The notes: a model not told the origin generated them from the sequence alone. A stretch of DNA of 64,000 bases from a bacterium (GCA_037131125.1 JBAXRR010000002.1:21605-85604), one strand, 5' to 3'; shown: positions 9,026-19,704, numbered from the stretch's first letter. Made by a program: numbers and translations.

Positions 9026-10492
9026 CTACTTATTTTTCTTGTTTGTTGGAACTACCTTTGAAACAGCCTGATCCTTATGCTCATTCATCACTTTATTTTC
9101 TCTCTTTTCCTGTCTTCTTTCTTTTCTTGTTAAAGTATTTCCTTTATTTGATCTCTCATACTTCTCAGATTTCTCATCTTGAGAAGGTTTTTCTGACTTT
9201 ACAGTCTTCCCCCCTTTTACTGACTTCACTCTATTACATTTTATCTCTTCTAAAGACAAGAATACGAAAGCCAAGACCAAAAGTGGAAGCATGCTTATAG
9301 GCATTAAGATAGAGTGTAAGAATCCGAATAGAATAAAGTAGAGATATACTTCAGTATGCTTTGGAAGACACTTAATAACTCTATATACCATTAGACCTAC
9401 TAAAGATGTAAGAGCTAAAAGTGGTAGTACTCCAAAATTAAGTCCAACATGCTTCATGAAAGTATTTGTAAGTGGATTTCCAAAGTCTACAGATGATCCA
9501 AATACATTCTTAAGTGTGTTTCCAGTATTAAAGTTTGACCAGAATGATGAGAACTCACTTCCTACATAACCAATATTCAATTTACTTAAGAGTAAGTAGA
9601 CACCTGCAATAGTAAGTACGACCACAACTAAGATTATTGCTATGTTAATTCCAAAACTTACATATCTCTTATCTTTTATTGAATTAACTGTTGATTTAAT
9701 AAATTCAATAATCTTCTTGTAGTTAAGAACAATCTCAATTACTAAAAGAACAATTGAAAGAAGTGCTACAACCCATGAAGTTGCAGATCCACCCATACTT
9801 GAAGAAAGGAGGAATAAAGAACTTATGAGAAGTGCGTATGAAAGTATTTTGAAATATATCTTCATCTTAAGTTTAAGAAGAAGATAGAACATACCGATTG
9901 CTACCATATATACTGCAAAGTTTAATCCGCTAATTGCCGCAACTTGTTTGGTAGAGGTTTGAAGTGCAACTATTAATGCTTGAATTACATAAAACATATC
10001 TAGAATTACTTTCAGTGAAACAAAGAAGTATCCTATCCCAAGTACAACTTTTAGCGCTTTCGCAGAATAGTTTCTTAAGAAGAATAGTAAAGCTAGAACT
10101 ACAGATAATAATGACGTATAGCTTATCACTCCATAGAGTCCATCTGTTGTATTCTTAGTACCAAGACTAATAAATCTTGAGATACCAAATATGACTAAAG
10201 TGGAAAGTAGAAGTATTTCAGATATCTTTAATTTATCTACACCATATCTAATTCCCATGACAATTCTAAGAACTCCAAATACCAACATTAGGACAGATAA
10301 GAATAAAAATACACTTGCAGAAATTGCAACAATACCAAAGTAGGATAACATGGAAAGTGCTGCAAATAGGACAAGTATCGACTTAACTAACCAAGAGAAT
10401 ATGAATAATTCAAACGAGTTATATCTTTTCTCTAGAACCTCATCAAATGTAAATACATTCTTTCCTTGAACTGTAAATGAGATTTTTGACAT
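9026..10492 (-). CDS. Polytopic membrane protein, weakly O-antigen-ligase (Wzy_C)-like
   Basis: About 12 hydrophobic segments; late loop NVFG...TNTFM..GLNFGVLPL resembles a degenerate Wzy_C motif; co-oriented 13 bp upstream of PMT. Confidence 0.45.
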   Translation of the reverse strand: MSKISFTVQGKNVFTFDEVLEKRYNSFELFIFSWLVKSILVLFAALSMLSYFGIVAISASVFLFLSVLMLVFGVLRIVMGIRYGVDKLKISEILLLSTLVIFGISRFISLGTKNTTDGLYGVISYTSLLSVVLALLFFLRNYSAKALKVVLGIGYFFVSLKVILDMFYVIQALIVALQTSTKQVAAISGLNFAVYMVAIGMFYLLLKLKMKIYFKILSYALLISSLFLLSSSMGGSATSWVVALLSIVLLVIEIVLNYKKIIEFIKSTVNSIKDKRYVSFGINIAIILVVVVLTIAGVYLLLSKLNIGYVGSEFSSFWSNFNTGNTLKNVFGSSVDFGNPLTNTFMKHVGLNFGVLPLLALTSLVGLMVYRVIKCLPKHTEVYLYFILFGFLHSILMPISMLPLLVLAFVFLSLEEIKCNRVKSVKGGKTVKSEKPSQDEKSEKYERSNKGNTLTRKERRQEKRENKVMNEHKDQAVSKVVPTNKKNK

Positions 10493-10523
10493 GGTTTCTG
10501 TTAAAATTTAAATAAACTAGCGA

Positions 10524-11468
10524 TTGGCTGGATTTAATCACAAATTAAAAACAATGGCAAATATAATTGATGGACGAAAACTAAGCGAGGATATAAAAAA
10601 TAAAATAATTGAAGATAAGAGATTTTTACCTCTTAACCCAGAAAGTTTTGTAGGAATTATCCAGTTTGGTGAAAATGCTTCAAGTGACATATATATAAGA
10701 AATAAAATTAAATTTGGTGAAGGACTTAATATTAAAGTTAAACTCTTTAAGTTTGGTTACAAAGAAGATACAAACGAGGATCCTAAAAGTTTCGATGAAA
10801 TTAAAAAGAAGATTGAAGAATTGAATAATGACAAAAACTGTCTTGGTATGATAATCCAAGCTCCCCTTCCAAGTAAATTTACATACGATATAACGGAACT
10901 ATGCGACATTATCAATCCCCTAAAAGATTTAGATGCAATGTCCTCTGTTAATCTTGGAAGAATAAGTAATAACTCAACACTAGTATTACCTGCAACTGTA
11001 AAAGCTGTCGTTAAAATACTTGATCAAATTGCAAATAAAGAATCTCATAACAACACAGTAGATTTCTTAAGAGGAAAAAATATTGTCGTGATTAATAATT
11101 CAATAATACTTGGGAAACCCTTAGCTAGTTATTTACTTAATCATGAGGCAACAGTTACTGTCTGTCATAGCCATACAAAAGATTTATCCTACCATACTGT
11201 TGATTCAGATATAGTCATAACTGGTACAGGTGTTAAAGGACTTATAAAAACAGACATGATCAAAGAAGGTGCAATTGTAATAGATTGTGGAATAACAAAA
11301 GATCCAAATAACACAGATCCAACCAAAGCAAATAAAATATATGGAGATGTTGAATACGAGGAAATTGAAAAGAAGGCTTCTTATATCACTCCTGTTCCAG
11401 GAGGAGTAGGACCTATGACAGTCGCATGTCTTTTTGACAATTTATTTGATTTGAACCTCAAGAAATGA
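10524..11468 (+). CDS. folD: Methylenetetrahydrofolate dehydrogenase/cyclohydrolase; likely start 10554
   Basis: IIDGRKL, YIRNKIK, KDLDA, ATVTVCHSHT, VIDCGI, TPVPGGVGPMT. Confidence 0.95.
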   Translation: MAGFNHKLKTMANIIDGRKLSEDIKNKIIEDKRFLPLNPESFVGIIQFGENASSDIYIRNKIKFGEGLNIKVKLFKFGYKEDTNEDPKSFDEIKKKIEELNNDKNCLGMIIQAPLPSKFTYDITELCDIINPLKDLDAMSSVNLGRISNNSTLVLPATVKAVVKILDQIANKESHNNTVDFLRGKNIVVINNSIILGKPLASYLLNHEATVTVCHSHTKDLSYHTVDSDIVITGTGVKGLIKTDMIKEGAIVIDCGITKDPNNTDPTKANKIYGDVEYEEIEKKASYITPVPGGVGPMTVACLFDNLFDLNLKK

Positions 11469-11518
11469 TTTAACTAGATTTATTAAAACATTTAATTACT
11501 TAATAATATATAAATCTA

Positions 11519-12676
11519 ATGTTAAACCAACTAGATCCTAAAATTTTCGATTTAATTTCAAAAGAAGAAGCAAGACAAAAAGAAACAATTAGTCTAATCC
11601 CATCTGAATCTGAATGTTATGATGAGATAAAAGAGATTATGGCAAGTTCTCTTAATAATAAATATTCAGAAGGATACCCCTTTAAAAGATATTACAATGG
11701 AAACAAATTCATAGATGAAATTGAACAAGAAGCAATAGACAGAACTAAGGAAGTATTTAAGTCTAACTTTGCGAATGTTCAAGCATATTCAGGTTCCCCT
11801 GCTAACCAAGCAATATATATGGCATTAATTAATCCCGGAGATAAAGTTCTAGGTTTCGATCTTGGTTCAGGAGGACATCTTACACATGGTGCTAAGGTTA
11901 ACTTCAGTTCAAAGTACTATAGCTCAGAAACGTATGGAGTAAATAAAGAAACTGAACTTCTAGATTATGATGAAATACAAAGAATTGCAGAAATAAGTAA
12001 GCCTAAATTAATAGTTTGTGGTACTACAGCATATTCTAGAAAGTTAGATTTTAAGAAATTTTCTGAAATTGCAAAATCTGTAGGTGCATATCTATTAGCA
12101 GATATTTCACATATCACGGCGCTTGTTGTTACAGGAGAACATGAATCTCCAGTTGGGCTCGCTGATGCAGTCATGACAACAACACATAAAAGTTTACGAG
12201 GACCAAGAGGTGCAGTAATACTTTCTAACGATGAAGAGATTGCAAAGAAAATAGATAAAGCAGTATTTCCTGGACTTCAAGGAGGACCACATAATGCAAC
12301 AACAGCAGCTATTGCGTTTGCTATGAAGATGGCAATGACAGATGAATTTAAAGAGTATGGAAAGAAAATAATTGAGAATAGAATAATTCTTGAAGAAATA
12401 CTTAAAAAGAATAACTTTAGACTCGTAAGTGGTGGATCAGATAATCATCTTCTTGTAATAGATTTAAGAGATAAAAATATTTCTGGGAAAGATGCTGCAA
12501 ATAAACTTGAAGAACTTGGAATTATTGTTAATGCAAACTCAATTCCTTATGATCCTAACCCACCATTTAAACCAAGTGGAATTAGAATTGGAACTCCAAT
12601 TATTTCTGCAAGAAAGTACTCAGTTGAAAAGGTAGCAGAGATTGGAAACCTAATTTCATCCAGCTTGATCAATTAA
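11519..12676 (+). CDS. glyA: Serine hydroxymethyltransferase
   Basis: NKYSEGYP, NVQAYSGSPAN, GGHLTHG, TTTHKSLRGPRG, FPGLQGGP, SGIRIGTP. Confidence 0.96.
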   Translation: MLNQLDPKIFDLISKEEARQKETISLIPSESECYDEIKEIMASSLNNKYSEGYPFKRYYNGNKFIDEIEQEAIDRTKEVFKSNFANVQAYSGSPANQAIYMALINPGDKVLGFDLGSGGHLTHGAKVNFSSKYYSSETYGVNKETELLDYDEIQRIAEISKPKLIVCGTTAYSRKLDFKKFSEIAKSVGAYLLADISHITALVVTGEHESPVGLADAVMTTTHKSLRGPRGAVILSNDEEIAKKIDKAVFPGLQGGPHNATTAAIAFAMKMAMTDEFKEYGKKIIENRIILEEILKKNNFRLVSGGSDNHLLVIDLRDKNISGKDAANKLEELGIIVNANSIPYDPNPPFKPSGIRIGTPIISARKYSVEKVAEIGNLISSSLIN

Positions 12677-15600
12677 ATCGTGAATAGCATTCAGCACTTC
12701 ATAAAATTTATCGTTTCTAATATAAGGAAGAGAGCTGTTATTACCCAAAAGCTCTGAAGTCTTATCTCTTAATATCTGCAAAGTCTCTTTATCAAGTGTG
12801 GAAAGATTTCGGTTTTGTCTTTCACTGGATAAATATTTTCCCCAAGATTTAATAAGTTTCACATAGATTTTCATTTGCACTTTCTGTTCAAAACTTACTT
12901 CAGAAAGGAATTGACTTGTTCCTGGAGTATTAACAGAATTAACTTCAAAATACTTTTTATATCTCTCCTTTGTAACCTTGCAGATTTCTACCAATCTTAA
13001 TGACATTTCCAAAATAAAGTTTAAATCTCCCTTTTTTACAGACTGATCGAGTAATCCATCAAGTTGTTTTTCAAATCCCTTCTTTGGTAATGTTCCACTA
13101 AGTTCTCCTAATAATCCCTGACCTAAAGATATGTACTGTCCGAATTGATTACTAGAATATTGATCAAGGCTATCTAGTACATCTTTTGCTTCCGCATCAG
13201 ATAATTTTTCCACTTGTCCACCAGCTTCAGCAATTTTCATTCCTTTAAAAAATGAATCAGCTAAATTTGCATCTTGTTTGAAAGCATAAGTCTTTTTCCC
13301 ATCCTTTCCATCTATCACGTCAAAAAATAAATCATTAGAATGATTTAATCCGACTTCATTAACTTCAGGTCTATTTTTCAGATTATTTTCACTACTTACT
13401 GAAGTTTCAAGTTCAGTTAAAATCGAATCAACTTTTGATGTTACTGGTTCCAACTGACTCATATCGGATACTCCACTTTTAACCATTTCATCAAACTGTT
13501 TGAGCTGTTCTAAAAGATCTACTGTAGCTTTTCCTCGTGCAGTAACTTTCTTATTTCCCGCTTCATCAAGAAATGACCAGTATTTTTCTACTTCTTTATC
13601 CGAAAGATCTCCTAAGACATGATCACGATCTGATGTTAATACAGTAGTAATATAGTGAACCAAAAGTGGTCTATAGTAACTACTTAAATATTCATCCAAA
13701 TGAAAAAGATATTCTCTTCCACTAAGATTAGAAGTATCCCAATTTGAATGATTGATTACATATGATCTCAAACTTCGAGTTATGTACTCAGTGTCAAAGA
13801 ACTGTAATAGAGGCAATATTACATATTCGCCTAAAAATTTTGTTTCTCCTTCAGAGCGAATTAAGTCAGTTGAGTTCCTATACTTCATATATTTTAACAA
13901 AAAACCTCTTACGCCTGCCTCACCAACTGTGTCTAGAATAGATCCATCCACTGCACTTTTTTGTGCAACAAAAGAAATAACTAGATCCCCAATATCATCA
14001 TAGTTACTTCCAACTCTTTGCTGAATAGTTGAGATCACATTACAGAAAGCAGACACAGGAACATTCAAAAGTTTTGAGAAAGTCTCTAGCGATATATATT
14101 CTGGACACATTTCAGTTTTTGTTATCTGTCCATCATTGTTCGTAAGATATCCCTCATTAATTAGTGAATTTACTAACTGTTCCTTAAAACTAACTGCCTC
14201 ATCACCATGATAAATCTCTTTTAAAAACCCTTTGTAAAGAGAATCTTCAGAAGAATCCATTTTTTCTTCAGATTTAAATGACCACTTTATGAAACCCTCA
14301 ACAGATAATAAAATACCTTCGCTGTGATCTAATATAAATTCTGGTTTGTTCCAATATGTAAGTAAGTTTGTAAACTCCCCTTCAGCTTCTTCGAACTCTG
14401 GAAGTCTTCCTTGATGTTTTTTAAGATATTCAAACACATATTCTCTTAAAAATTGAGGAGTCAGTATATTTACAACTTCTCTAAATCCTGCTGATCTTCC
14501 AAGCCTTTGAAACATTAGTAAATCAATTGCAGGAAATGTCCCTAAAGAAAACTCTGATTGTTTAGTTGCTACTTCGTAAAGATCAGATAGATCTGATGTT
14601 TCACCTAATATTAGTCCATCTAATTTGATTCTACTTTTTTCTCTAGAAAATTCAGGGACTTCAAAACCTAGACTCATTGCACCTTTCCTCATTTCTTCAT
14701 AGTATTTAGCTGATGATTTATCATTCAACAAACTTAAATACCATAGATTCGAACTATTTATATCATTAGCACCATTTCTCCAGCTAAAAGGAAACCCTTC
14801 GACATCGTATTTACCTGGGAAGAAACTTTTCGCTTCTTTCGTTACCCTTGCTTTCATGGGAGTAGGTTCTACAATTGCAGACAAAAACATGTGTGGTTCT
14901 TCACTTAAAGAATTTCTCCAAATATTTTTATAAGGAGCTTTTTCCGCTTCATTCATGTAAGAAGTAATAAATAGATGGCCAAGTACAAAACCTAACCTTA
15001 GTGTTGATTCAGAATTAGTTTTATATAAATGTTTATCTAAATAATTTCCTAGTTGTTCAATCTGAATTAAAGGCTGTTCTCTTACATATTTTACAACTTC
15101 ATTAATACTCATTATGTTGCTCCTAAGTATACTGTTTAAAGAGTTGTAATTATATACGTATTCTCCTCCCTCTACATTTCTTATTGCAGATAATTTTGTA
15201 TTTGGATCCATCCTTTTCAAAGCCTTAAGATCTGAGACTTTATAGTAACTAGTATAGAGATAACTATCTTCATCTCTAGGCTCAATTTCCAAAGCTTTTG
15301 CTATACTTTCAAAAGAGTATATAAATTCACCAACAGTTCTAGGTTCAAAAAGATCACCTTTAATCCAATCTGCTAAGAATTTAATCCTATTCTTACCTAT
15401 CTGCATTTCGCATCCACTAACTAATAATCCTAATAAAAGACGAATATCAATGTCTGATGTTAATTTTCCATCTCTTTCCCCTTTCTTTTCTTTAGATTCA
15501 TTAAACTCTGCTTTACTTGTGAAAGTATAAGACCAGTAATCACTTAGCCTTGTCCTCTTTGTTTTTCCTTCTGTTTTCTTTCCTGACCTATCATTTCCTA

Positions 15601-15769
15601 CTGCTTTTATTTTATCTACTGCATTTTTTATTTCTTTTTTCACATTTGGTCTGGAATCAACTGTAGTTGAAGGACTGCTAATACTAGGAGTTCTCAGCTT
15701 TGAACCTACTGGTGAAACGTCATTAGTTTCTTTAGGGGAGTAAGGCACAACTCCATTTTCATTACTCAT
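12656..15769 (-). CDS. Large hypothetical protein
   Basis: 1037-aa ORF, disordered N-terminus, no motif recognised. Confidence 0.7.
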   Translation of the reverse strand: MSNENGVVPYSPKETNDVSPVGSKLRTPSISSPSTTVDSRPNVKKEIKNAVDKIKAVGNDRSGKKTEGKTKRTRLSDYWSYTFTSKAEFNESKEKKGERDGKLTSDIDIRLLLGLLVSGCEMQIGKNRIKFLADWIKGDLFEPRTVGEFIYSFESIAKALEIEPRDEDSYLYTSYYKVSDLKALKRMDPNTKLSAIRNVEGGEYVYNYNSLNSILRSNIMSINEVVKYVREQPLIQIEQLGNYLDKHLYKTNSESTLRLGFVLGHLFITSYMNEAEKAPYKNIWRNSLSEEPHMFLSAIVEPTPMKARVTKEAKSFFPGKYDVEGFPFSWRNGANDINSSNLWYLSLLNDKSSAKYYEEMRKGAMSLGFEVPEFSREKSRIKLDGLILGETSDLSDLYEVATKQSEFSLGTFPAIDLLMFQRLGRSAGFREVVNILTPQFLREYVFEYLKKHQGRLPEFEEAEGEFTNLLTYWNKPEFILDHSEGILLSVEGFIKWSFKSEEKMDSSEDSLYKGFLKEIYHGDEAVSFKEQLVNSLINEGYLTNNDGQITKTEMCPEYISLETFSKLLNVPVSAFCNVISTIQQRVGSNYDDIGDLVISFVAQKSAVDGSILDTVGEAGVRGFLLKYMKYRNSTDLIRSEGETKFLGEYVILPLLQFFDTEYITRSLRSYVINHSNWDTSNLSGREYLFHLDEYLSSYYRPLLVHYITTVLTSDRDHVLGDLSDKEVEKYWSFLDEAGNKKVTARGKATVDLLEQLKQFDEMVKSGVSDMSQLEPVTSKVDSILTELETSVSSENNLKNRPEVNEVGLNHSNDLFFDVIDGKDGKKTYAFKQDANLADSFFKGMKIAEAGGQVEKLSDAEAKDVLDSLDQYSSNQFGQYISLGQGLLGELSGTLPKKGFEKQLDGLLDQSVKKGDLNFILEMSLRLVEICKVTKERYKKYFEVNSVNTPGTSQFLSEVSFEQKVQMKIYVKLIKSWGKYLSSERQNRNLSTLDKETLQILRDKTSELLGNNSSLPYIRNDKFYEVLNAIHDLIDQAG

Positions 15770-15797
15770 ATATTTTTACTAATTAATAATCCTATTA

Positions 15798-16142
15798 TTA
15801 TTTTATACTCTTTCCACCAATTTTACTCTGTAAATTCTTTAGCTTGTTTATAGCAAATACTGCTATTACTGTAATTATTAAAGCATACAAGGCTTGTCCA
15901 AAGATAAGTCCTGCTGTTTGAAATTGAACAAAGAGAACTTTTTGAAAGAAAGTAATTATTAAATCATTCCATGCAAGGGAAGCTGCAAGTGTAAGTGCTG
16001 AAGTAACAAACGCTAAAGTTGTATTTAAAGTATCTCTTGCATCAGATAATGCTGCTTCTAACGTGCTTATCTTTCCATCATGATTAATATCAGTTGGGAG
16101 ATTTTCAGTAAGAGGTTTTTCAATCTTTGTAATTTTATCCAT
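15798..16142 (-). CDS. DUF5654-like small membrane protein
   Basis: TSALTLAASLAWNDLI ... LYALIITVIAV. Confidence 0.75.
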   Translation of the reverse strand: MDKITKIEKPLTENLPTDINHDGKISTLEAALSDARDTLNTTLAFVTSALTLAASLAWNDLIITFFQKVLFVQFQTAGLIFGQALYALIITVIAVFAINKLKNLQSKIGGKSIK

Positions 16143-16176
16143 GAGAAGTAGATACTAATATATTTACATATTAATA

Positions 16177-16950
16177 TCACTTTTCACCACATCCAGGAAG
16201 AGCAATAAAAAGTGGGTTAGTTGAATCCTCTGCTCTTTTGCATCTATCTTCCTGATTAGTCTTAGTTTTACTGTCTGAATCTAAAAAGTTAGATGGCTTA
16301 TGTGTAGGAGATGTAACGTTCCAAATCCCAACTATTGTTAAGTAAAGAACAAAGTTAAATACAAATAATGAGAAGATAGTTTTTAATAAAGAGTTACCCA
16401 AAAATATTCTCATTCTTGCAATAATACTTAGCTTTTCTTTTGAAACATCGGCTACTTTATCTACTTGGAAGCTATCTTTCAAAGATGGCCACATCCAAAA
16501 ACCCACACCAAGTCCGAATAGTGTTCCAGTTATCATTCGGAATAAGTCGTTACTTTCGTAAAATTGAGCAACATTTTTTCCCGCATCTAGTATCTCAGCT
16601 ATTGTTTGAATTCCACCATCCAATGCTATTGGTATTGTAAGAAGAATAACAAAATACCACTTCAAAGATTTAATATTTGTATACTTTGTTACTAGAAGTG
16701 AAAGAAGTAGGGATAAATATATAAATGTATCTCTTACACACCAGGCGTATTGGAAATCAAATATGTGTATACTTCTCCATGCTCTTTGATGACAAAAATA
16801 TGAATATACAGAATATATTGCAGATGAAATTCCAGTAAGACCAAAGTGAGCAGCTAATGGAGCCAATATAGGCAAAAGATTAAGAACAATTAAAAATGTC
16901 AAAAACAAATTTAAAATGTTTCTTTCAATGAAATTAAATGCCTTATTCAT
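16177..16950 (-). CDS. DUF2085-family membrane protein
   Basis: YSYFCHQ..RS ... WCVRD ... PIALDGGIQ ... FRMITG. Confidence 0.8.
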   Translation of the reverse strand: MNKAFNFIERNILNLFLTFLIVLNLLPILAPLAAHFGLTGISSAIYSVYSYFCHQRAWRSIHIFDFQYAWCVRDTFIYLSLLLSLLVTKYTNIKSLKWYFVILLTIPIALDGGIQTIAEILDAGKNVAQFYESNDLFRMITGTLFGLGVGFWMWPSLKDSFQVDKVADVSKEKLSIIARMRIFLGNSLLKTIFSLFVFNFVLYLTIVGIWNVTSPTHKPSNFLDSDSKTKTNQEDRCKRAEDSTNPLFIALPGCGEK

Positions 16951-17038
16951 ATGCCGAATATTTTAGCACAGAGTTTAACTTACCAACTAACAAAAATACC
17001 TTAATTGAACATTTTTCCACTTTAGTGATAAAATTCTC

Positions 17039-17332
17039 TTGATAAGATTAAATATTATGAGGTTTAAAATGGGAAGTTTAATATTCTGGATTCTTTTTGG
17101 GGGCTTAGTTGGTTGGATTGCAAATCTGCTTGTTTATAAAAAATCTGGTGGTTGTTTAACTAACGTAATAGTAGGTATAGTTGGAAGTATCGTTGGTGGG
17201 TTAATTTACGGTTTCTTAACAAGACAAAGTGTAAATTTAAGTGATTTTAGTCTTGATGTACCTTCCCTCATAATCTCAGTACTCGGAGCAATAATTCTTC
17301 TTGGAATTATTAACTTCGCAAGAAGGAAGTAA
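17039..17332 (+). CDS. GlsB/YeaQ/YmgE (transglycosylase-associated) membrane protein; likely start 17069
   Basis: WILFGGLVGWIA..NVIVGIVGSIVGG..SVLGAIILL. Confidence 0.88.
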   Translation: MIRLNIMRFKMGSLIFWILFGGLVGWIANLLVYKKSGGCLTNVIVGIVGSIVGGLIYGFLTRQSVNLSDFSLDVPSLIISVLGAIILLGIINFARRK

Positions 17333-17509
17333 TAAAAAGAAATATATATAAAGATTGCCATGAATAAAATTGAGGAAGTAAAAAACAATATACTCTTTCA
17401 TTCTTTAAACTTATTGCCTTGCTTCTTTTGTTGTTAGGCACAAGCCTAACTAAACACATACACTAAAACCTTCATATTTTCTGGTATCATTCATTATTCT
17501 AAATATTAA

Positions 17510-18970
17510 TTGACCTTTATGCTTAAGATTTACAATTCAGCAACAAAATACAAACAAGAATTTATTCCCATAATCCCCTTTCAAGTTAGGATGTATAACT
17601 GTGGACTTACAGTATATAGTTACGCACAAATTGGAAACTTAAGAGCATATACAATGGCAGATACAATAAGAAGAACTCTAGAATTTCTTGGATACGATGT
17701 TAAACAAGTAATGAACTTTACAGATGTAGGACATTTAACATTTACTGACGAAGAAAAGAAGAAGATGGGAGAAAGAGAGATAAATGATTCAGATAAGGGA
17801 CTAGATAGGATGGAAAAAGCTGCAAAGAGAGATGGGAAAACTGCATGGGAAGTTGCAGATTTTTACATCAAAGCTGCAATGGAAGATTTTAAAGATATGA
17901 ATTTCAAAGAACCTTTCAAAAGACCTAGAGCTACAGAGTACATAAACGAACAAATTGAAATGATAAAGACTCTTCTAGATAAAGGTTATGCATACATTAC
18001 TCCATCTGCAATCTTTTTTGACACTTCAAAAGATACTCACTATGGAGAACTAACAGGACAAAATCTTAATGATAAAAAAATTGGTGTTAGAGAAGCAGTT
18101 GAAGTAGATGAAAACAAGAAAAATCCTTCAGACTTTAGACTTTGGCAGTTAGATCAGAAGGATCACCAGATGCAATGGGATAGCCCATGGGGGAAAGGTT
18201 TTCCAGGTTGGCATATTGAATGTTCTGCAATGTCAAAAGCACTTCTTGGAGATACTATAGACATTCACACAGGTGGAATAGATAATCTTCCTGTTCATCA
18301 TGTTAATGAAACTGCACAATCTGAAGCAACTAATGGAGTTCCATTCGTGAACTTTTGGTACCACAATGAATTTCTAACAGTAGATGGAAAGAAAATGAGT
18401 AAAAGTTTAGGAAATGTATATTCACTTAAAGATATTAAAGATAAAGGATTTGATCCTATGGATCTTAGATACCTTTACTTCCTTGTTAACTTTAGAATGA
18501 AACAAAATTTCACTTTTGAAGCACTTGAACAAGCAAGAAATGCAAGACTTAAACTTCTAAATTTTATTCATTCTATGCCTAATGCTCAAAATGACATTAG
18601 TGAGATTAATGAAAAAGATTATGCACTTGATCCATATATGATTAAATTTAAGGAAGCTATTGAAGATAGTTTCAATATGCCAGAAGCAGTTGCAGTAGTT
18701 TGGGAAGTTGTAAAGTCAGATGCTAGTGAAAGAGATAAGGCAAGACTTCTCTACTCCTTTGATTTAGTTTTAGGTCTAAGGTTATTTGAAGAAAATAAAG
18801 TGGAAGATCCAGGTCCAACAATGAAACTCGAACAGTTAATTAGACAAAGAACAGAAGCTAAGAATAACAAAGATTACAAAAAAGCAGATGAACTTAGAGA
18901 GGAAGCAAAAGAACTGGGATATGAAATCTACGATGGAAAAGATGGAATGGGATATAGAAAGATAAATTAG
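17510..18970 (+). CDS. cysS: Cysteine--tRNA ligase; likely start 17519
   Basis: CGLTVY, QIGN (HIGH variant), NFTDVGH, GFPGWHIECSAM, DIHTGG, KMSKSLGN. Confidence 0.95.
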   Translation: MTFMLKIYNSATKYKQEFIPIIPFQVRMYNCGLTVYSYAQIGNLRAYTMADTIRRTLEFLGYDVKQVMNFTDVGHLTFTDEEKKKMGEREINDSDKGLDRMEKAAKRDGKTAWEVADFYIKAAMEDFKDMNFKEPFKRPRATEYINEQIEMIKTLLDKGYAYITPSAIFFDTSKDTHYGELTGQNLNDKKIGVREAVEVDENKKNPSDFRLWQLDQKDHQMQWDSPWGKGFPGWHIECSAMSKALLGDTIDIHTGGIDNLPVHHVNETAQSEATNGVPFVNFWYHNEFLTVDGKKMSKSLGNVYSLKDIKDKGFDPMDLRYLYFLVNFRMKQNFTFEALEQARNARLKLLNFIHSMPNAQNDISEINEKDYALDPYMIKFKEAIEDSFNMPEAVAVVWEVVKSDASERDKARLLYSFDLVLGLRLFEENKVEDPGPTMKLEQLIRQRTEAKNNKDYKKADELREEAKELGYEIYDGKDGMGYRKIN

Positions 18971-19000
18971 GTGACTAGCTTTAGAAATTAAGTTAATAGT

Positions 19001-19654
19001 TTGAAGAACCTTAACTCTCCCAAACTAAAAAAAATATTAATTACTATTGGTATTATCCTTGCCGTGATAATACTCTCTCCTTTCATTTTATATTTCACTG
19101 TTTCAAGAAATTTAAGACCTTCAATGTACAGTTCAATAGATAAAGTGCCGGAAAGCTATACTGCACTCGTACTTGGTGCTGGACTTGAAGGTGATGGACC
19201 ATCGGATATGTTAAGAGATCGTATTGTTTCAGCAGTTGAGCTATATAAAGCTGGAAAAGTGAAAAAACTTATTATGAGTGGAGATAATAGATTTGAAGAT
19301 CATAATGAACCTAAGGTCATGATAGAAACTGCAAATAAACTTGGAGTTCCACTTTCTGACATGCAAGCAGATTATGCTGGAAGAAGAACTTATGATAGTT
19401 GTTACCGACTAAAAAATATCTTTTCACAAACAAGTACAATTATCGTGACACAAAGCTTCCATATAACAAGAGCTGTTTTTACTTGTGAATCACTTGGAGT
19501 TAAAAGTGTAGGATTTGTGTCTGACAATGATAAATACTCGACAGAAACTTGGAATTACTATAAATTCCGAGATATTTTAGGACTTGTAAAATCTGTTTAT
19601 GACCTTTGGATATCTTCCCCTGCTGTTGTAGGAGGCGAAAAGATCAAAATCTAG
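19001..19654 (+). CDS. SanA/YdcF/ElyC (DUF218) family protein
   Basis: N-terminal TM; LVLGAG, LRDR, MSGDN, DYAGRRTYDSC, VTQSFHITRA. Confidence 0.88.
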   Translation: MKNLNSPKLKKILITIGIILAVIILSPFILYFTVSRNLRPSMYSSIDKVPESYTALVLGAGLEGDGPSDMLRDRIVSAVELYKAGKVKKLIMSGDNRFEDHNEPKVMIETANKLGVPLSDMQADYAGRRTYDSCYRLKNIFSQTSTIIVTQSFHITRAVFTCESLGVKSVGFVSDNDKYSTETWNYYKFRDILGLVKSVYDLWISSPAVVGGEKIKI

Positions 19655-19704
19655 TTACAGATTATGGTAATATTCTCTTAATATTTACTTAAAAGAATAC
19701 ATCA

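Noticed and set aside
10493-10553. ZTP/THF riboswitch ahead of folD-glyA
   Set aside because: The intergenic gap is only about 60 nt, shared with a divergent gene, and shows no aptamer consensus.
17206-17430. In-frame TGA upstream of a hydrophobic minus-strand ORF as stop-codon recoding
   Set aside because: TGA terminates conserved genes such as folD at the expected position; the ORF is antisense to a real gene.
17433-17450. GTTAGGC-ACAA-GCCTAAC hairpin (plus GTTAGGC at 5053 and GCCTAAC at 56468) as integron attC cores or a terminator
   Set aside because: Wrong order and far too short for attC, no integrase, and no U-tract on either strand.
17510-18970. CysRS with QIGN instead of HIGH/HIGN as an inactive enzyme
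   Set aside because: Zn ligands, WHIEC and KMSKS are intact; a single substitution is insufficient evidence.
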